A stretch of 34,796 nucleotides of DNA from a virus (lineage: Duplodnaviria > Caudoviricetes). The stretch's first letter is position 1; each line of letters opens with the position of its first letter. The stretch lies in IMG/VR virus record IMGVR_UViG_3300042360_000143, positions 1 through 34,796 of that record; one strand, given 5' to 3'. The translations under genes were made by a program, and so were the position numbers. The notes under the pieces are model-generated. The model was not told where the DNA came from and made no database searches. It worked only from the letters and a program-made list of their open reading frames with translations. Positions 26,336-34,796 of this stretch are shown here, in pieces.

Positions 26336-27352
26336 TTATTTCTCGGCAGGGCGAAGCTCGACGTTCTCGGTCCACGCGGCGCGGGCTTCGTCGCCGATTA
26401 AACCCATGAACGGGCAGGGCGTACCGGCCATTTCCATCGCGCCGAATACGCGGGGGTCTTGGCACAGGAGGCTCACGGCGGCGACGCGCATGCCCATGTC
26501 GTACAGGGTCTTCGACAGCTTCATCCGCTCGCAGTTCTGATCGCGAACGGTGCGGCCTGCCGACAGGCCGATTATCTGCGTCTGCACTGCGCCAGACTGG
26601 CCGGTGGTGCAGAGGTCTTGGCTGTAGGACATCATGGACGGCGCGATGGCGCTGGGCGGTGGCGACTTGATGTTCTGGTCGATAACCTGACGATTGACGC
26701 TCTCGCTGTAGCTCTTGCTGTCGGACACGTTGACGTTGTTGTTCTGGTTGACGTTGCGGTTATCGCTGCTTGTCGTCTGGTTGATCGTGCTGGTGTCGTT
26801 GTTCGTGTTGTTGGTGTTTACGGTGCTGTTGACCGTCTGGTTGACGGTGCTGTTGCTGACATCCGTATTGAAATTGCGGTTTGTCGCCTCGGATGTGCTG
26901 GCGTTGGTGTTCTGGTTGATGTTCGTCATCGTGCCAGAATTGATGTTCGTGTTCTGGTTGATGTTCGTCATCGTCCCAGTGTTTTGGTTTATGTTGGTGT
27001 TGGTCGACGAACTGACGTTGTTATTGTTGTTCGTGTTCAGCGACGTGCTCGTGCTGGCATTCACGTTGTTGTTCGTGTTGACCGACGTGCTGGTGCTATC
27101 GTTGGTGTTGAAGTTTGTGTTGGTGTTCACCGACGTGCTGGCAGACGTGCTGTTGTTGTTATTCGTGTTCGTTGACGTGCTGGTGGAATTGTTGTTGTTC
27201 GTGTTGGTGGACGTGTTGGTGTTGTCCGACGTGCTGGTTGTCGTCGTGGTGTAGACATACTCCGTCGGAGCAACCGACACAGGCGCGGTCTGTGCGAGCA
27301 CCATGCTACACCAGCCAAGAGAGACAAGAACCCAATACCTTTTAATCATCAC
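26336..27352 (-). CDS. Exported protein with Thr/Asn/Ser 14-aa repeats and C-terminal four-Cys domain
   Basis: Sec signal MMIKRYWVLVSLGWCSMVLA/Q; ~180 aa of T/N/S repeats; PPPSAIAP..DLC..NCERMKLSK.L...GM.VAAVSLLCQD.RV..AM.MAGTPCP. Confidence 0.85.
   Translation of the reverse strand: MMIKRYWVLVSLGWCSMVLAQTAPVSVAPTEYVYTTTTTSTSDNTNTSTNTNNNNSTSTSTNTNNNNSTSASTSVNTNTNFNTNDSTSTSVNTNNNVNASTSTSLNTNNNNNVSSSTNTNINQNTGTMTNINQNTNINSGTMTNINQNTNASTSEATNRNFNTDVSNSTVNQTVNSTVNTNNTNNDTSTINQTTSSDNRNVNQNNNVNVSDSKSYSESVNRQVIDQNIKSPPPSAIAPSMMSYSQDLCTTGQSGAVQTQIIGLSAGRTVRDQNCERMKLSKTLYDMGMRVAAVSLLCQDPRVFGAMEMAGTPCPFMGLIGDEARAAWTENVELRPAEK
26907..26974. repeat. 26-bp perfect direct repeat with 42-bp period
   Basis: gtgttctggttgatgttcgtcatcgt at 26907-26932 and 26949-26974, defining the 14-aa repeat unit. 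Confidence 0.9.
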
Positions 27353-27576
27353 CGATCCGCCTTGTTATCCAATTTATCCTCAATCCGACGAAGGTGGATC
27401 ATCACCTCCTTGAACCTCTCGTCAATGGTGTTGAACTTCTCATCGCCAAAGCCGAGACGCGCCTCGAGCAGCGTCAGCTTATTGGTGAGGTTCACCCAAA
27501 CAGTTATCAACGCCCCCACGAAAGTGAGGGCGGTGATAACAAAACCAAGGACGGTGAAGAGGGTTGCGGTGTCCAC
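27349..27576 (-). CDS. Small single-TM coiled-coil protein (holin-like)
   Basis: 75 aa; long N-terminal hydrophobic helix, then LRRIEDKLD coiled coil. Confidence 0.7.
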   Translation of the reverse strand: MDTATLFTVLGFVITALTFVGALITVWVNLTNKLTLLEARLGFGDEKFNTIDERFKEVMIHLRRIEDKLDNKADR

Positions 27577-27938
27577 TATTTCAGGTTCCGCAGCTTATAT
27601 ACGGCGGTCAGGTACACTTCCGTGACGCCATCGACCAAGTTGGCCACTGCGCGGTTGCCCTCGCAGATGTCCTCGTGGTTCTCTTCGATCCAGTCCGCAT
27701 CAGCCTCTAGGAGCTTCAGCACGTCACGCTCAGTCACCTTCGGGGCTGGTATGTTCCCGATGAGGCTGAACGCGCCTTGGTAGGCTTCTACGAGACGGTC
27801 GATTGCGTCGATGACGTCGTCGTAGAAGCGGCCCAATGTCTTGTGCTTTGCGAAACTACCATCACCCTTGGCGCGCCAGTGCTCAAAGTGCGCCACGTTG
27901 CGTGCGTAGAACACGCGGCTGATGAGTTCCTCGATCAT
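27576..27938 (-). CDS. Ferritin/Dps-like protein (DUF5856-type)
   Basis: HFEHW...FAKHKTLGRFYD...IDRLVEAYQG...YKLRNLK carries the Dps-like H/D/E metal ligands. Confidence 0.8.
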   Translation of the reverse strand: MIEELISRVFYARNVAHFEHWRAKGDGSFAKHKTLGRFYDDVIDAIDRLVEAYQGAFSLIGNIPAPKVTERDVLKLLEADADWIEENHEDICEGNRAVANLVDGVTEVYLTAVYKLRNLK

Positions 27939-27939
27939 G

Positions 27940-28143
27940 TTACGCGCCGGTTGGGGCGAGCTGGGCGTTTGCTTGGCCCATGATCTTGCGCAGCAGCGGG
28001 TCAGATACCTTGTGCGGCAGCTCCTGCAATGCGGCGAGGACGAGGTTCACGTCGTTGACCAATAGGTCCAACTGTACGGTTGGCTCCTGTGGTGCGGCCT
28101 GAGCCTGATTGTCTACGTCGAGGTGGTCTAGTTCTTTATTCAT
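27940..28143 (-). CDS. Conserved small tail-fibre-associated protein
   Basis: 67 aa; DVNLVLAALQELP...LLRKIMGQA helix hairpin; AAGGAG RBS. Confidence 0.7.
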   Translation of the reverse strand: MNKELDHLDVDNQAQAAPQEPTVQLDLLVNDVNLVLAALQELPHKVSDPLLRKIMGQANAQLAPTGA

Positions 28144-28532
28144 GCTGTCTCTCCTTCAGTGGTGGGTGGTGTTGGTGTCGGGGTTGGTTCATCCCACGGG
28201 AAATCGCCATTAGGGACGTCCACTACTGGGTCTTTGATTAGCGCAATCTGCTTGTTGATTTGCGCATCGACGTGCTCCTTGTAAGAACCGACAACAACGG
28301 CTTCTATCCAACCAAGGACATCGGCTTCTGTCAAGTCTTCATAGGGAATGAACGTAGCCGGGTCTACGGTCGTGAGCGAGAACGGCGTAGCGCCGTTGAA
28401 CGTGCCGCTGTCGCCGTCTTCGTCCGTGCCGGTGCAGGTCCATGTGGTCTGCACGACGACGTTGTCGATGTCGAGAGCGACATCCGTGGTCTTCTTCAGG
28501 GACGTTACCGCCCAAGTGTACGTAAGTGCCAT
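28140..28532 (-). CDS. Tail-fibre-associated protein (assembly/chaperone-like)
   Basis: 130 aa; YTWAV..L, VVVQT.W.C.GTD, FIPYEDLTEA.VLGW, C-terminal FPW; a family that commonly follows S74 fibres. Confidence 0.7.
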   Translation of the reverse strand: MALTYTWAVTSLKKTTDVALDIDNVVVQTTWTCTGTDEDGDSGTFNGATPFSLTTVDPATFIPYEDLTEADVLGWIEAVVVGSYKEHVDAQINKQIALIKDPVVDVPNGDFPWDEPTPTPTPPTTEGETA

Positions 28533-28534
28533 AT

Positions 28535-31500
28535 TTACTTTCCTTCCAATTCGGCCACGCGGGCTTCGAGTTCCTTGATTGCTTCTATTAATACACCAAC
28601 AAGGTTACCATAGGCAACAGAGAGCGTGTCGTTGTCACCCGTGCCTTGATGAACCGCTTGCGGCATCACTTCCAACATCTCTTGAGCGATAACGCCGACA
28701 CCAGCTTCGCCGGTATCTTTACGTGTGTATGTGACGCCGCGCATCTTACCGACGAGACCAAGCGCGTCACCAATGGTCTCAACGTCCTTTTTGAGACGGG
28801 CATCTGAATAGGCCGTGACGTTTGCTGTAGCTACAACATTTCCAGAGCTATCAATCGTCATGGTGATGGAGCTAGAATTGTTGCGGAAGTAGTGAATATT
28901 AGCGTTATAATAATTATTCGGGTCGGCGGTTCCACCAAGCCACAACTTGGTCGCCCCATTAACGTCGCAAAACTGCGTCCATACGCCGCTATCCAAAATA
29001 ATGGCACTGTTGCCAGATGAATGTTGAATGCCAGCAGCGCGGACAGTGCTAAGGACCGAAGTGCTGTTTGGGTCAACGAAGAATGCAGTGTTGTTATAAT
29101 CGTAAAAGATAGGCGCACGCATATCGCCGATGGCGCGCATACTTGGGTCAAGCGATGCTTGAAACACGCCGTTCTGGATGAGCATTAAACCGTGTGTAGA
29201 CAGGTTTGCAGCGGGACCGCCAGCACTGGGGTACGAAAACCATAGGCCGTAGGCGCTGGCTAAACTAGTTCCATCTGCGTTGCCTTTGTACGCATCACCT
29301 AAAGCCCAAACAAGCTGGTATCGCGTTGATGAGTAGGTACCGACGATACCAAGACCGTAATTACCGAAAGTATGGAAGCCTTGTTGGCTGGAGGTGTTCC
29401 AGTTAGAAGTGCTGGCCCCGTCGAAGTAATAACCCGTGTTGTTGCTGTCGTAGAAGATAGGTGCGCGCAGTGAGCCACCACCTTGCGCGTAATCCCCCGC
29501 GATTGTCAGAGACAGCGTGTTGCCACTCCAAAAGGTATATGTGCCAGCAGAACTACCGCTCGACTGGAACTGCACGTTGGTGGCGCTGACACTAGGCGTG
29601 GGCGCGCCGTCATAACCGGTCCTAATCCAGAGGCTTTGGGTGCCAGTGGTGCTGAGTAATTGAATACCTGCTGCGCCATTTTGGTTAACCCTAAAATCAC
29701 CAAGAACATTTGAGCCAGCGTTAGGGTCGATATAATAGGCGGTGTTGTTGCTGTCGTAAAACAAGGGCGAACGCATATCGACCGGAGCAGTCACGTATCC
29801 ACTTGTGTGCATCAACAGCCAAGAACTGGTGCGGACGCCGTTAAAACCAGACGAACATCCACCAATCCAGAACGTGTTTCCGGTGTCGATGCCCATGCCC
29901 ATCGCGTGTTGACCAGCGCGGGTGAAACCAAGGTATGAATAGTTTGCATCAGTGCGGCGAGTGATACCCAAAAGGCCGTAAGGGTCTGGCGATACTGCCG
30001 CTTCGTCGTATACGTTCAATCCTATACCGACATTTATCTGCTTAGTGATACTGGTGCCAGCGGGGTCGATATAATAGCCAGTGTTATCTAAGTCGTAGAA
30101 AAGCGGCGAACGGACACTATTCCCAGCATACAAAATCTGCTCGACGCGTACATTAAGGTCGCCTTCGCCTACTGAGAACAGCGTATTACCAGTGGTAATT
30201 TCCTTAAAACGGAAGCCTCCATAGCCATTGTGAGCATAAAAACGCTGGCCTGTATACCACTTAAAATCCAACTTACTGTAGTTGCCGCCAAAATTTTCCA
30301 TATTGGTGGTGATGTGGTAGTTTGTCGAGGCGTCGCCGCCCGTGGAGCCAAAATATAGCTTTCCAGTGGCAGCAGCGTTGTAAGCCAACGTGCTTCCGCT
30401 ATCACCAACAAGAAGCGAACTTAAAGAAGAAGTGCCAGCAAAGTCACCGTAGTACGCGGTGTTGTTGCTGTCGTAGAAGATAGTCGCACGGACGTCGTTG
30501 GCTACGACGAAGTTTCCAGTGTTTATCCGCAACGCTATTGTCGCAGAGCCGTTGGTTATGTCGGCGCTGTTGCCGTTAACCCAAAACACCATGCCGCTCT
30601 GAGCTTCGGTGTAATCAACGCCGATAGCGGAGTATTTGACGCTTCCTGAGTTCATCACAATGACAGGGAATTGGGATGCAAGGTATAGCGCCCTGTTCCA
30701 ACCGCCAGACATTGTAGTCCCGCCGTTAATCTGGACTTGCCCTACTAGATTTGAACCAGATGCGGGATCGACATAATACGTAGTGTTGTTGCTGTCGTAG
30801 TATATCGGCGAGCGGATATCGGTATTTATGGTGACGTTGCCATAGTTAACCGCCATCTGCTGTTGCCAGCTACTGCCGTTGTTCGCCCAGTGAGCAAGAC
30901 CGCCGCCAGAAATGGCATCGATAGCGCCGATGGCAGTGCCGCCGTTGGTCCACCAGACAGACGGCACGGTGCCATTGCCGTCGAAGGCCACGACACGATT
31001 TGTGCCGCGACCAGTAAGGACGTTGCTAAAGGTTGTTCCTGCGGGTGTGAGGTTGCCGTTACCCGCGTTTAGCGCACCTTCAATCAGCAGCCCGTTGGTC
31101 GCTACCGCTGTCGCGGCAAGATTGCTTCCGATGGTTGTCCCGCCGTTGATGTGGAGTTTTTTGTTAGCGACGTTCGACCCACCGCCGCCAATGCAGAATG
31201 TGGAGTTTGCGCCGTTGTACCAAATAAAGTCGCTACCCGCGACATCCGCCCAAGAAATGCCCGCCCACGAAGTGCCGTTACCGTTCAGGTATAGCTGCAC
31301 GTCATTGCTGTTCTGGATAGTCAGAGTGCCAGTAAGCGTCCCGCCAGTGAGCGGAAGGTAACTGGCTGGGTTAAAGTTGCCCGCGTTCCAAATAGAGTAG
31401 TAGCTACCGCCGACCTGTAGGTACGCGTCATTGACGCTGCCGACGCCGAGGATTGTTTGCCCTGAACCACCACCACGGATGAACTTGGTGCTGTCTCCGA

Positions 31501-34500
31501 GGTTAATCTGGTTGAAGTTAGAAGTGCCCGCTGGGTCTGCATAATACGCAGTGTTATCGGTGTCGTAGAAAATTGCCGAGCGTATCGAGGTAGTATTATA
31601 TACGTACCCGTCCAACATGCTAAACGGGAAGTTATAGCCGTTGTTCGCGCTGTTCGGTGTGATGAAACCCACCCCGTTGCGGAACATGACCTCATTGCCT
31701 AAGCCGGAGAACGAGCCGCTTGGGTTCGCTATAGGATCGACGTTGATGCACGGTGTGTTGTTGCCACTTGTCGAGCCAACTATAAGGGCGCTGTAGCCTG
31801 TTGAGTATCCAAAGTTACTGGCGCGCACCGCGTTCATCGAGATATTCGAGGGGCTGGTGACGTTTATCTGGCTCTTAACGTCCAACACTGCGCTTGCTGA
31901 AGCCGTGCCGATGGATACGTTGCCGCTGTCACGGCACATAATGACGTTGCCGCCAGTGAAGTCCGCGCCGCCCTCTACGTTCAGCTTACCGTAACCAGAA
32001 GTGCCGGTACGGTTTATCAGTAAGACGCCGCTGCTGTCGAGGACCATGCGGTCCCCTCCGGTGCTTGAATACCAACGAAGTGAGTTATCGGCAGCGTTGA
32101 AATAGTTTGAATAAGACCACCCACTGCCGCTCAGGGCGACACCAACATTGCCACTGGATACGCGAAAGTTTCCGCTACCCTGAACCGTCAGCCTGTCGCT
32201 GACTGAAGTCGTTCCCACCCCGACATTCGTGCCGTTGTCGTAGATAACCGACGCAGAGACAGCCGACGTGCCGTTACCCTTGAGGACGTAGCCCGACGAC
32301 AAGGTCGTTGCGCCTGTGCCGCCGTTGGCGACGTTCAGCGTGCCCGCAAGCGTGATCGTCCCGCTGCTGGTGACCGGACCGCCGGACGTGGTCAGGCCGG
32401 TGGTGCCACCGCTAACGTCGATGCTCGTTACGGTGCCTGCGCCACTCGGGGGCGAGGAGATAGTGAAGTTCGGGTACGTGCCTGTCACGGTCGTAGCGCC
32501 AGACCCTGTCAGCGACACAACCTGATCTGGGGCCGTGTTGGTGACGGTGATGGAGCCGGATGCCGTGATCGGGCCGCCAGAGACGCTGACGCCGGTGCCC
32601 GCCGTCAGGTTGACGCTGGTGACGGTGCCTGTGTTCGACGTGAAGCCAGACGGGTTGCTCGCGGGGTACGCTCCGAGGTTCGTCAGAGCCGTTGCCGCGC
32701 TCGTCGCGCCTGTACCGCCATTGGCGATGGCGAGTGCGCCAGACGTGATCTGCGATGCAGCAATAGCGATTGCAGACGACGACGCGGACGTGAGCTGGCC
32801 TTGCGCGTTGACTGCGATGACAGGCACGGACGACGCGCTGCCGTAAGTCGATGCGGCTACGCCTGTGTCCGTGATGCTGAAGGTCGTGCCCGTCAGCGTC
32901 AGGCCGGTGCCCGCCGAGTACAGAACCGGCGCGGCGAACTGCGAGAAGACAATCGCCGTCGTGCCGACGGTGATCGGCAGTGGCGTCTGCTGCACCCACG
33001 ACGTGTTGGCCTGCGTCGATCCCGCAGTGACAAGGAAGAAGTCGCCCGCGTCGATCTGGTCAACGCCTGAGCCTGAGCTGTCGAAGTCCGTTGCGCGGGT
33101 CAGGATATACGGTGCAGCGCCGCTGCCGGTCTGCGTTACGGTGTAGACGCCGTTGTTCGCCTGCGCCGCCTCGTTCTTGACCAAAATGCGGTTGCCCACC
33201 ACCGCAGCTACGCCATCGACCGAAAGCGCGCCGTTGGCGTTGGCCGTGAGCGTCGCGCCGACGCCGCTGGTGCCGTTGTTGTACGTGTTCGCAGGCAGAG
33301 CCGCAGCCGTCGCCAAGCGCACGGACTGGTGGAAGTTGATGCCCGACGCGATGCTGTCGGCATACGCCTTGTTGACGATGTCGGTGCCGTTGACTGGCGA
33401 CGTGCTGATCGTGCCTGTGGTGAGCGCAATCGACGTGATGTCGGTGTTGGCACCAGAGGCCGCCGCGCCGAGGTTCGTGCGCGCCGTGCCCGCAACGCTC
33501 GCGCCGGTGCCACCATTGGCCACAGCAACGATACCGGTGACATTTGAGGCCGTTCCGGTCGTATTCTGGTTGAGCGTCGGTATGTCCGCCGCAACGATAG
33601 CGCGGAACGTCGGCACGCCAGCCGAGCCATTCGGTGCCGCGAGGACCGTGTTGGCCGTCTGCGACGCGAAGTTGGACGGAAGGACGGCAAGCGTCCCGCC
33701 GAGTGTCAGCGAGCCTGCGGACGTCACTGTGCCGCTCAAGCTCAGGCCGCTGACGGTGCCGGTGCCTGAGACTGACGTCACCGTACCTACGTTCGACGTG
33801 TATCCGGCAGGGTTGCTCGCAGGATACGCACCAAGGTTCGTTAGCGCAGCGGCTGCGTCGGTCGCGCCAGTACCGCCATTGGCCACAGCGAGTGTGCCGT
33901 TGAGGGTCAGTGTGCCTGCCGACGTGACTGGGCCGCCGGTAAACGACATGCCCGTCGTACCGCCGCTGGCGTTGACGCTGGTCACGGTGCCTGACGTGCT
34001 GTCGTTCGATGTGATTGTGAAGCTAGGGTACGTGCCGGTTACGGTTGTCGTGCCTGCGCCTGTCAGCGACACAACCTGATCGGGCGCGGTGTTGGTGACA
34101 GTGAACGACGGATACGTGCCTGAGACCGAGATCGCAGTGCCTGCCGTCAGGCTGACGGTCTGATCGGGAGCGGCGTTGACGAGAGAGCCACCAGAGAGCG
34201 TCAGGCCCGTACCGACACTGATTTCCTGCGCCGCGCCGACCGATGCCGTAGTGCGGCCCAGAAGCCGCGCAGAGGCCATCGTGAGGCCGCTGGTGGTGTA
34301 AGGGCCCGGCTCAACGTAATCGATGCCTGCGGTGGCCGCAGACATGCCAGTTCCGTCGCCCTTGAGCATGCCGGTGACGGTCGTCGAGAGCGTGATATCG
34401 GGAACCGTGGCGGGGTTTGCGACAAAGCCCGCGAAGCCATTAGCGGTGCTCACGGAAACCGAGGTCACCGTGCCAGTCCCGAGGATCGTCTGCCACTGGG

Positions 34501-34795
34501 GCTCGTCCGTGCCAGCGGACACGAGGACTTGGCCCACAATGCCGGGGTTGGTTAGCGCAAACTTTGAGCCCGTCGAGTATACGACGGCACCGGCAACGGG
34601 AGAGAGGGCGTCGCCAGTGCCGCCGCGACCCAAGGGGAGCGCGCCTTGGGTTTGGCTTGTGTCGGACAGGTTCACCGCTGGGTGGACGTGGTCCCCGCGC
34701 GATACGGTGATGGCCGTGCCCGCCGACGCAGTGCCGAGTGCAGATGGCGTTGCCGCAGAGAAATTGGCCGCAAGTGTGACGTTACTGGTAAGAGC
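28535..34795 (-). CDS. Very long tail fibre with C-terminal peptidase S74 chaperone, 5'-truncated
   Basis: The frame stays open beyond 34675 to the window edge (ALTSNVTLAANF...SRGDHVHP), so the protein is at least 2086 aa; ANGGTG repeats, RILVKNE..NGVY..LTRATD domain, YSDARLKKDV..GVIAQE..VAYGNL..AIKEL. Confidence 0.92.
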   Translation of the reverse strand, partial: ALTSNVTLAANFSAATPSALGTASAGTAITVSRGDHVHPAVNLSDTSQTQGALPLGRGGTGDALSPVAGAVVYSTGSKFALTNPGIVGQVLVSAGTDEPQWQTILGTGTVTSVSVSTANGFAGFVANPATVPDITLSTTVTGMLKGDGTGMSAATAGIDYVEPGPYTTSGLTMASARLLGRTTASVGAAQEISVGTGLTLSGGSLVNAAPDQTVSLTAGTAISVSGTYPSFTVTNTAPDQVVSLTGAGTTTVTGTYPSFTITSNDSTSGTVTSVNASGGTTGMSFTGGPVTSAGTLTLNGTLAVANGGTGATDAAAALTNLGAYPASNPAGYTSNVGTVTSVSGTGTVSGLSLSGTVTSAGSLTLGGTLAVLPSNFASQTANTVLAAPNGSAGVPTFRAIVAADIPTLNQNTTGTASNVTGIVAVANGGTGASVAGTARTNLGAAASGANTDITSIALTTGTISTSPVNGTDIVNKAYADSIASGINFHQSVRLATAAALPANTYNNGTSGVGATLTANANGALSVDGVAAVVGNRILVKNEAAQANNGVYTVTQTGSGAAPYILTRATDFDSSGSGVDQIDAGDFFLVTAGSTQANTSWVQQTPLPITVGTTAIVFSQFAAPVLYSAGTGLTLTGTTFSITDTGVAASTYGSASSVPVIAVNAQGQLTSASSSAIAIAASQITSGALAIANGGTGATSAATALTNLGAYPASNPSGFTSNTGTVTSVNLTAGTGVSVSGGPITASGSITVTNTAPDQVVSLTGSGATTVTGTYPNFTISSPPSGAGTVTSIDVSGGTTGLTTSGGPVTSSGTITLAGTLNVANGGTGATTLSSGYVLKGNGTSAVSASVIYDNGTNVGVGTTSVSDRLTVQGSGNFRVSSGNVGVALSGSGWSYSNYFNAADNSLRWYSSTGGDRMVLDSSGVLLINRTGTSGYGKLNVEGGADFTGGNVIMCRDSGNVSIGTASASAVLDVKSQINVTSPSNISMNAVRASNFGYSTGYSALIVGSTSGNNTPCINVDPIANPSGSFSGLGNEVMFRNGVGFITPNSANNGYNFPFSMLDGYVYNTTSIRSAIFYDTDNTAYYADPAGTSNFNQINLGDSTKFIRGGGSGQTILGVGSVNDAYLQVGGSYYSIWNAGNFNPASYLPLTGGTLTGTLTIQNSNDVQLYLNGNGTSWAGISWADVAGSDFIWYNGANSTFCIGGGGSNVANKKLHINGGTTIGSNLAATAVATNGLLIEGALNAGNGNLTPAGTTFSNVLTGRGTNRVVAFDGNGTVPSVWWTNGGTAIGAIDAISGGGLAHWANNGSSWQQQMAVNYGNVTINTDIRSPIYYDSNNTTYYVDPASGSNLVGQVQINGGTTMSGGWNRALYLASQFPVIVMNSGSVKYSAIGVDYTEAQSGMVFWVNGNSADITNGSATIALRINTGNFVVANDVRATIFYDSNNTAYYGDFAGTSSLSSLLVGDSGSTLAYNAAATGKLYFGSTGGDASTNYHITTNMENFGGNYSKLDFKWYTGQRFYAHNGYGGFRFKEITTGNTLFSVGEGDLNVRVEQILYAGNSVRSPLFYDLDNTGYYIDPAGTSITKQINVGIGLNVYDEAAVSPDPYGLLGITRRTDANYSYLGFTRAGQHAMGMGIDTGNTFWIGGCSSGFNGVRTSSWLLMHTSGYVTAPVDMRSPLFYDSNNTAYYIDPNAGSNVLGDFRVNQNGAAGIQLLSTTGTQSLWIRTGYDGAPTPSVSATNVQFQSSGSSAGTYTFWSGNTLSLTIAGDYAQGGGSLRAPIFYDSNNTGYYFDGASTSNWNTSSQQGFHTFGNYGLGIVGTYSSTRYQLVWALGDAYKGNADGTSLASAYGLWFSYPSAGGPAANLSTHGLMLIQNGVFQASLDPSMRAIGDMRAPIFYDYNNTAFFVDPNSTSVLSTVRAAGIQHSSGNSAIILDSGVWTQFCDVNGATKLWLGGTADPNNYYNANIHYFRNNSSSITMTIDSSGNVVATANVTAYSDARLKKDVETIGDALGLVGKMRGVTYTRKDTGEAGVGVIAQEMLEVMPQAVHQGTGDNDTLSVAYGNLVGVLIEAIKELEARVAELEGK
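29057..31583 (-). repeat. Seven R(S/A)xx(F/Y)YDxxNTx(Y/F)(Y/F)xDxxxxS junction repeats in the distal fibre
   Basis: Seven copies in the translation; the 17-nt core gtgttgttgctgtcgta is exact at 29436, 29742, 30459 and 30783. Confidence 0.9.
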
Positions 34796-34796
34796 G

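Noticed and set aside
26715-27254. Extremely hydrophobic 179-aa + strand ORF
   Set aside because: Antisense shadow of the AAC/ACN-rich Thr/Asn repeat gene.
29436-30800. Repeated 17-25-nt sequences as a CRISPR array, DGR or shufflon sites
   Set aside because: They lie in frame within a CDS, 300-700 nt apart and in direct orientation; no cas, reverse transcriptase or invertase in the window.
34673-34675. GTG given as the start of the 2046-aa fibre
   Set aside because: The frame continues open to the window edge, so the true start lies outside the window.

Overview
A 34.8-kb piece of a tailed dsDNA phage genome, most likely a podovirus of an alphaproteobacterium (it carries a GapR/DUF2312 gene). 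The left arm (1-5.9 kb, + strand) is an APSE-like replication module: the end of a DUF2800 nuclease, a DUF2815 SSB, GapR, an HTH protein, a family A DNA polymerase, VRR-NUC and an SNF2-like helicase. The right arm (5.9-34.8 kb, - strand) holds two large tail fibres with S74 chaperones, a lysis/membrane cluster with a GH19 endolysin, exported proteins of unknown function, adaptor and nozzle proteins, and five probable internal virion (ejection) proteins. Three signals stand out. (1) A promoter-driven two-hairpin RNA at ~988-1104 has a loop that is a 21/23 antisense match to the leader/RBS of a gene 3.1 kb downstream. (2) Regularly spaced TonB-box-like motifs occur in two putative ejection proteins, suggesting TonB-energised entry. 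(3) A cassette of secreted Thr/Asn-repeat, nidogen-like and EF-hand membrane proteins sits inside the lysis region. All family assignments come from motif recognition by eye; no searches were run.
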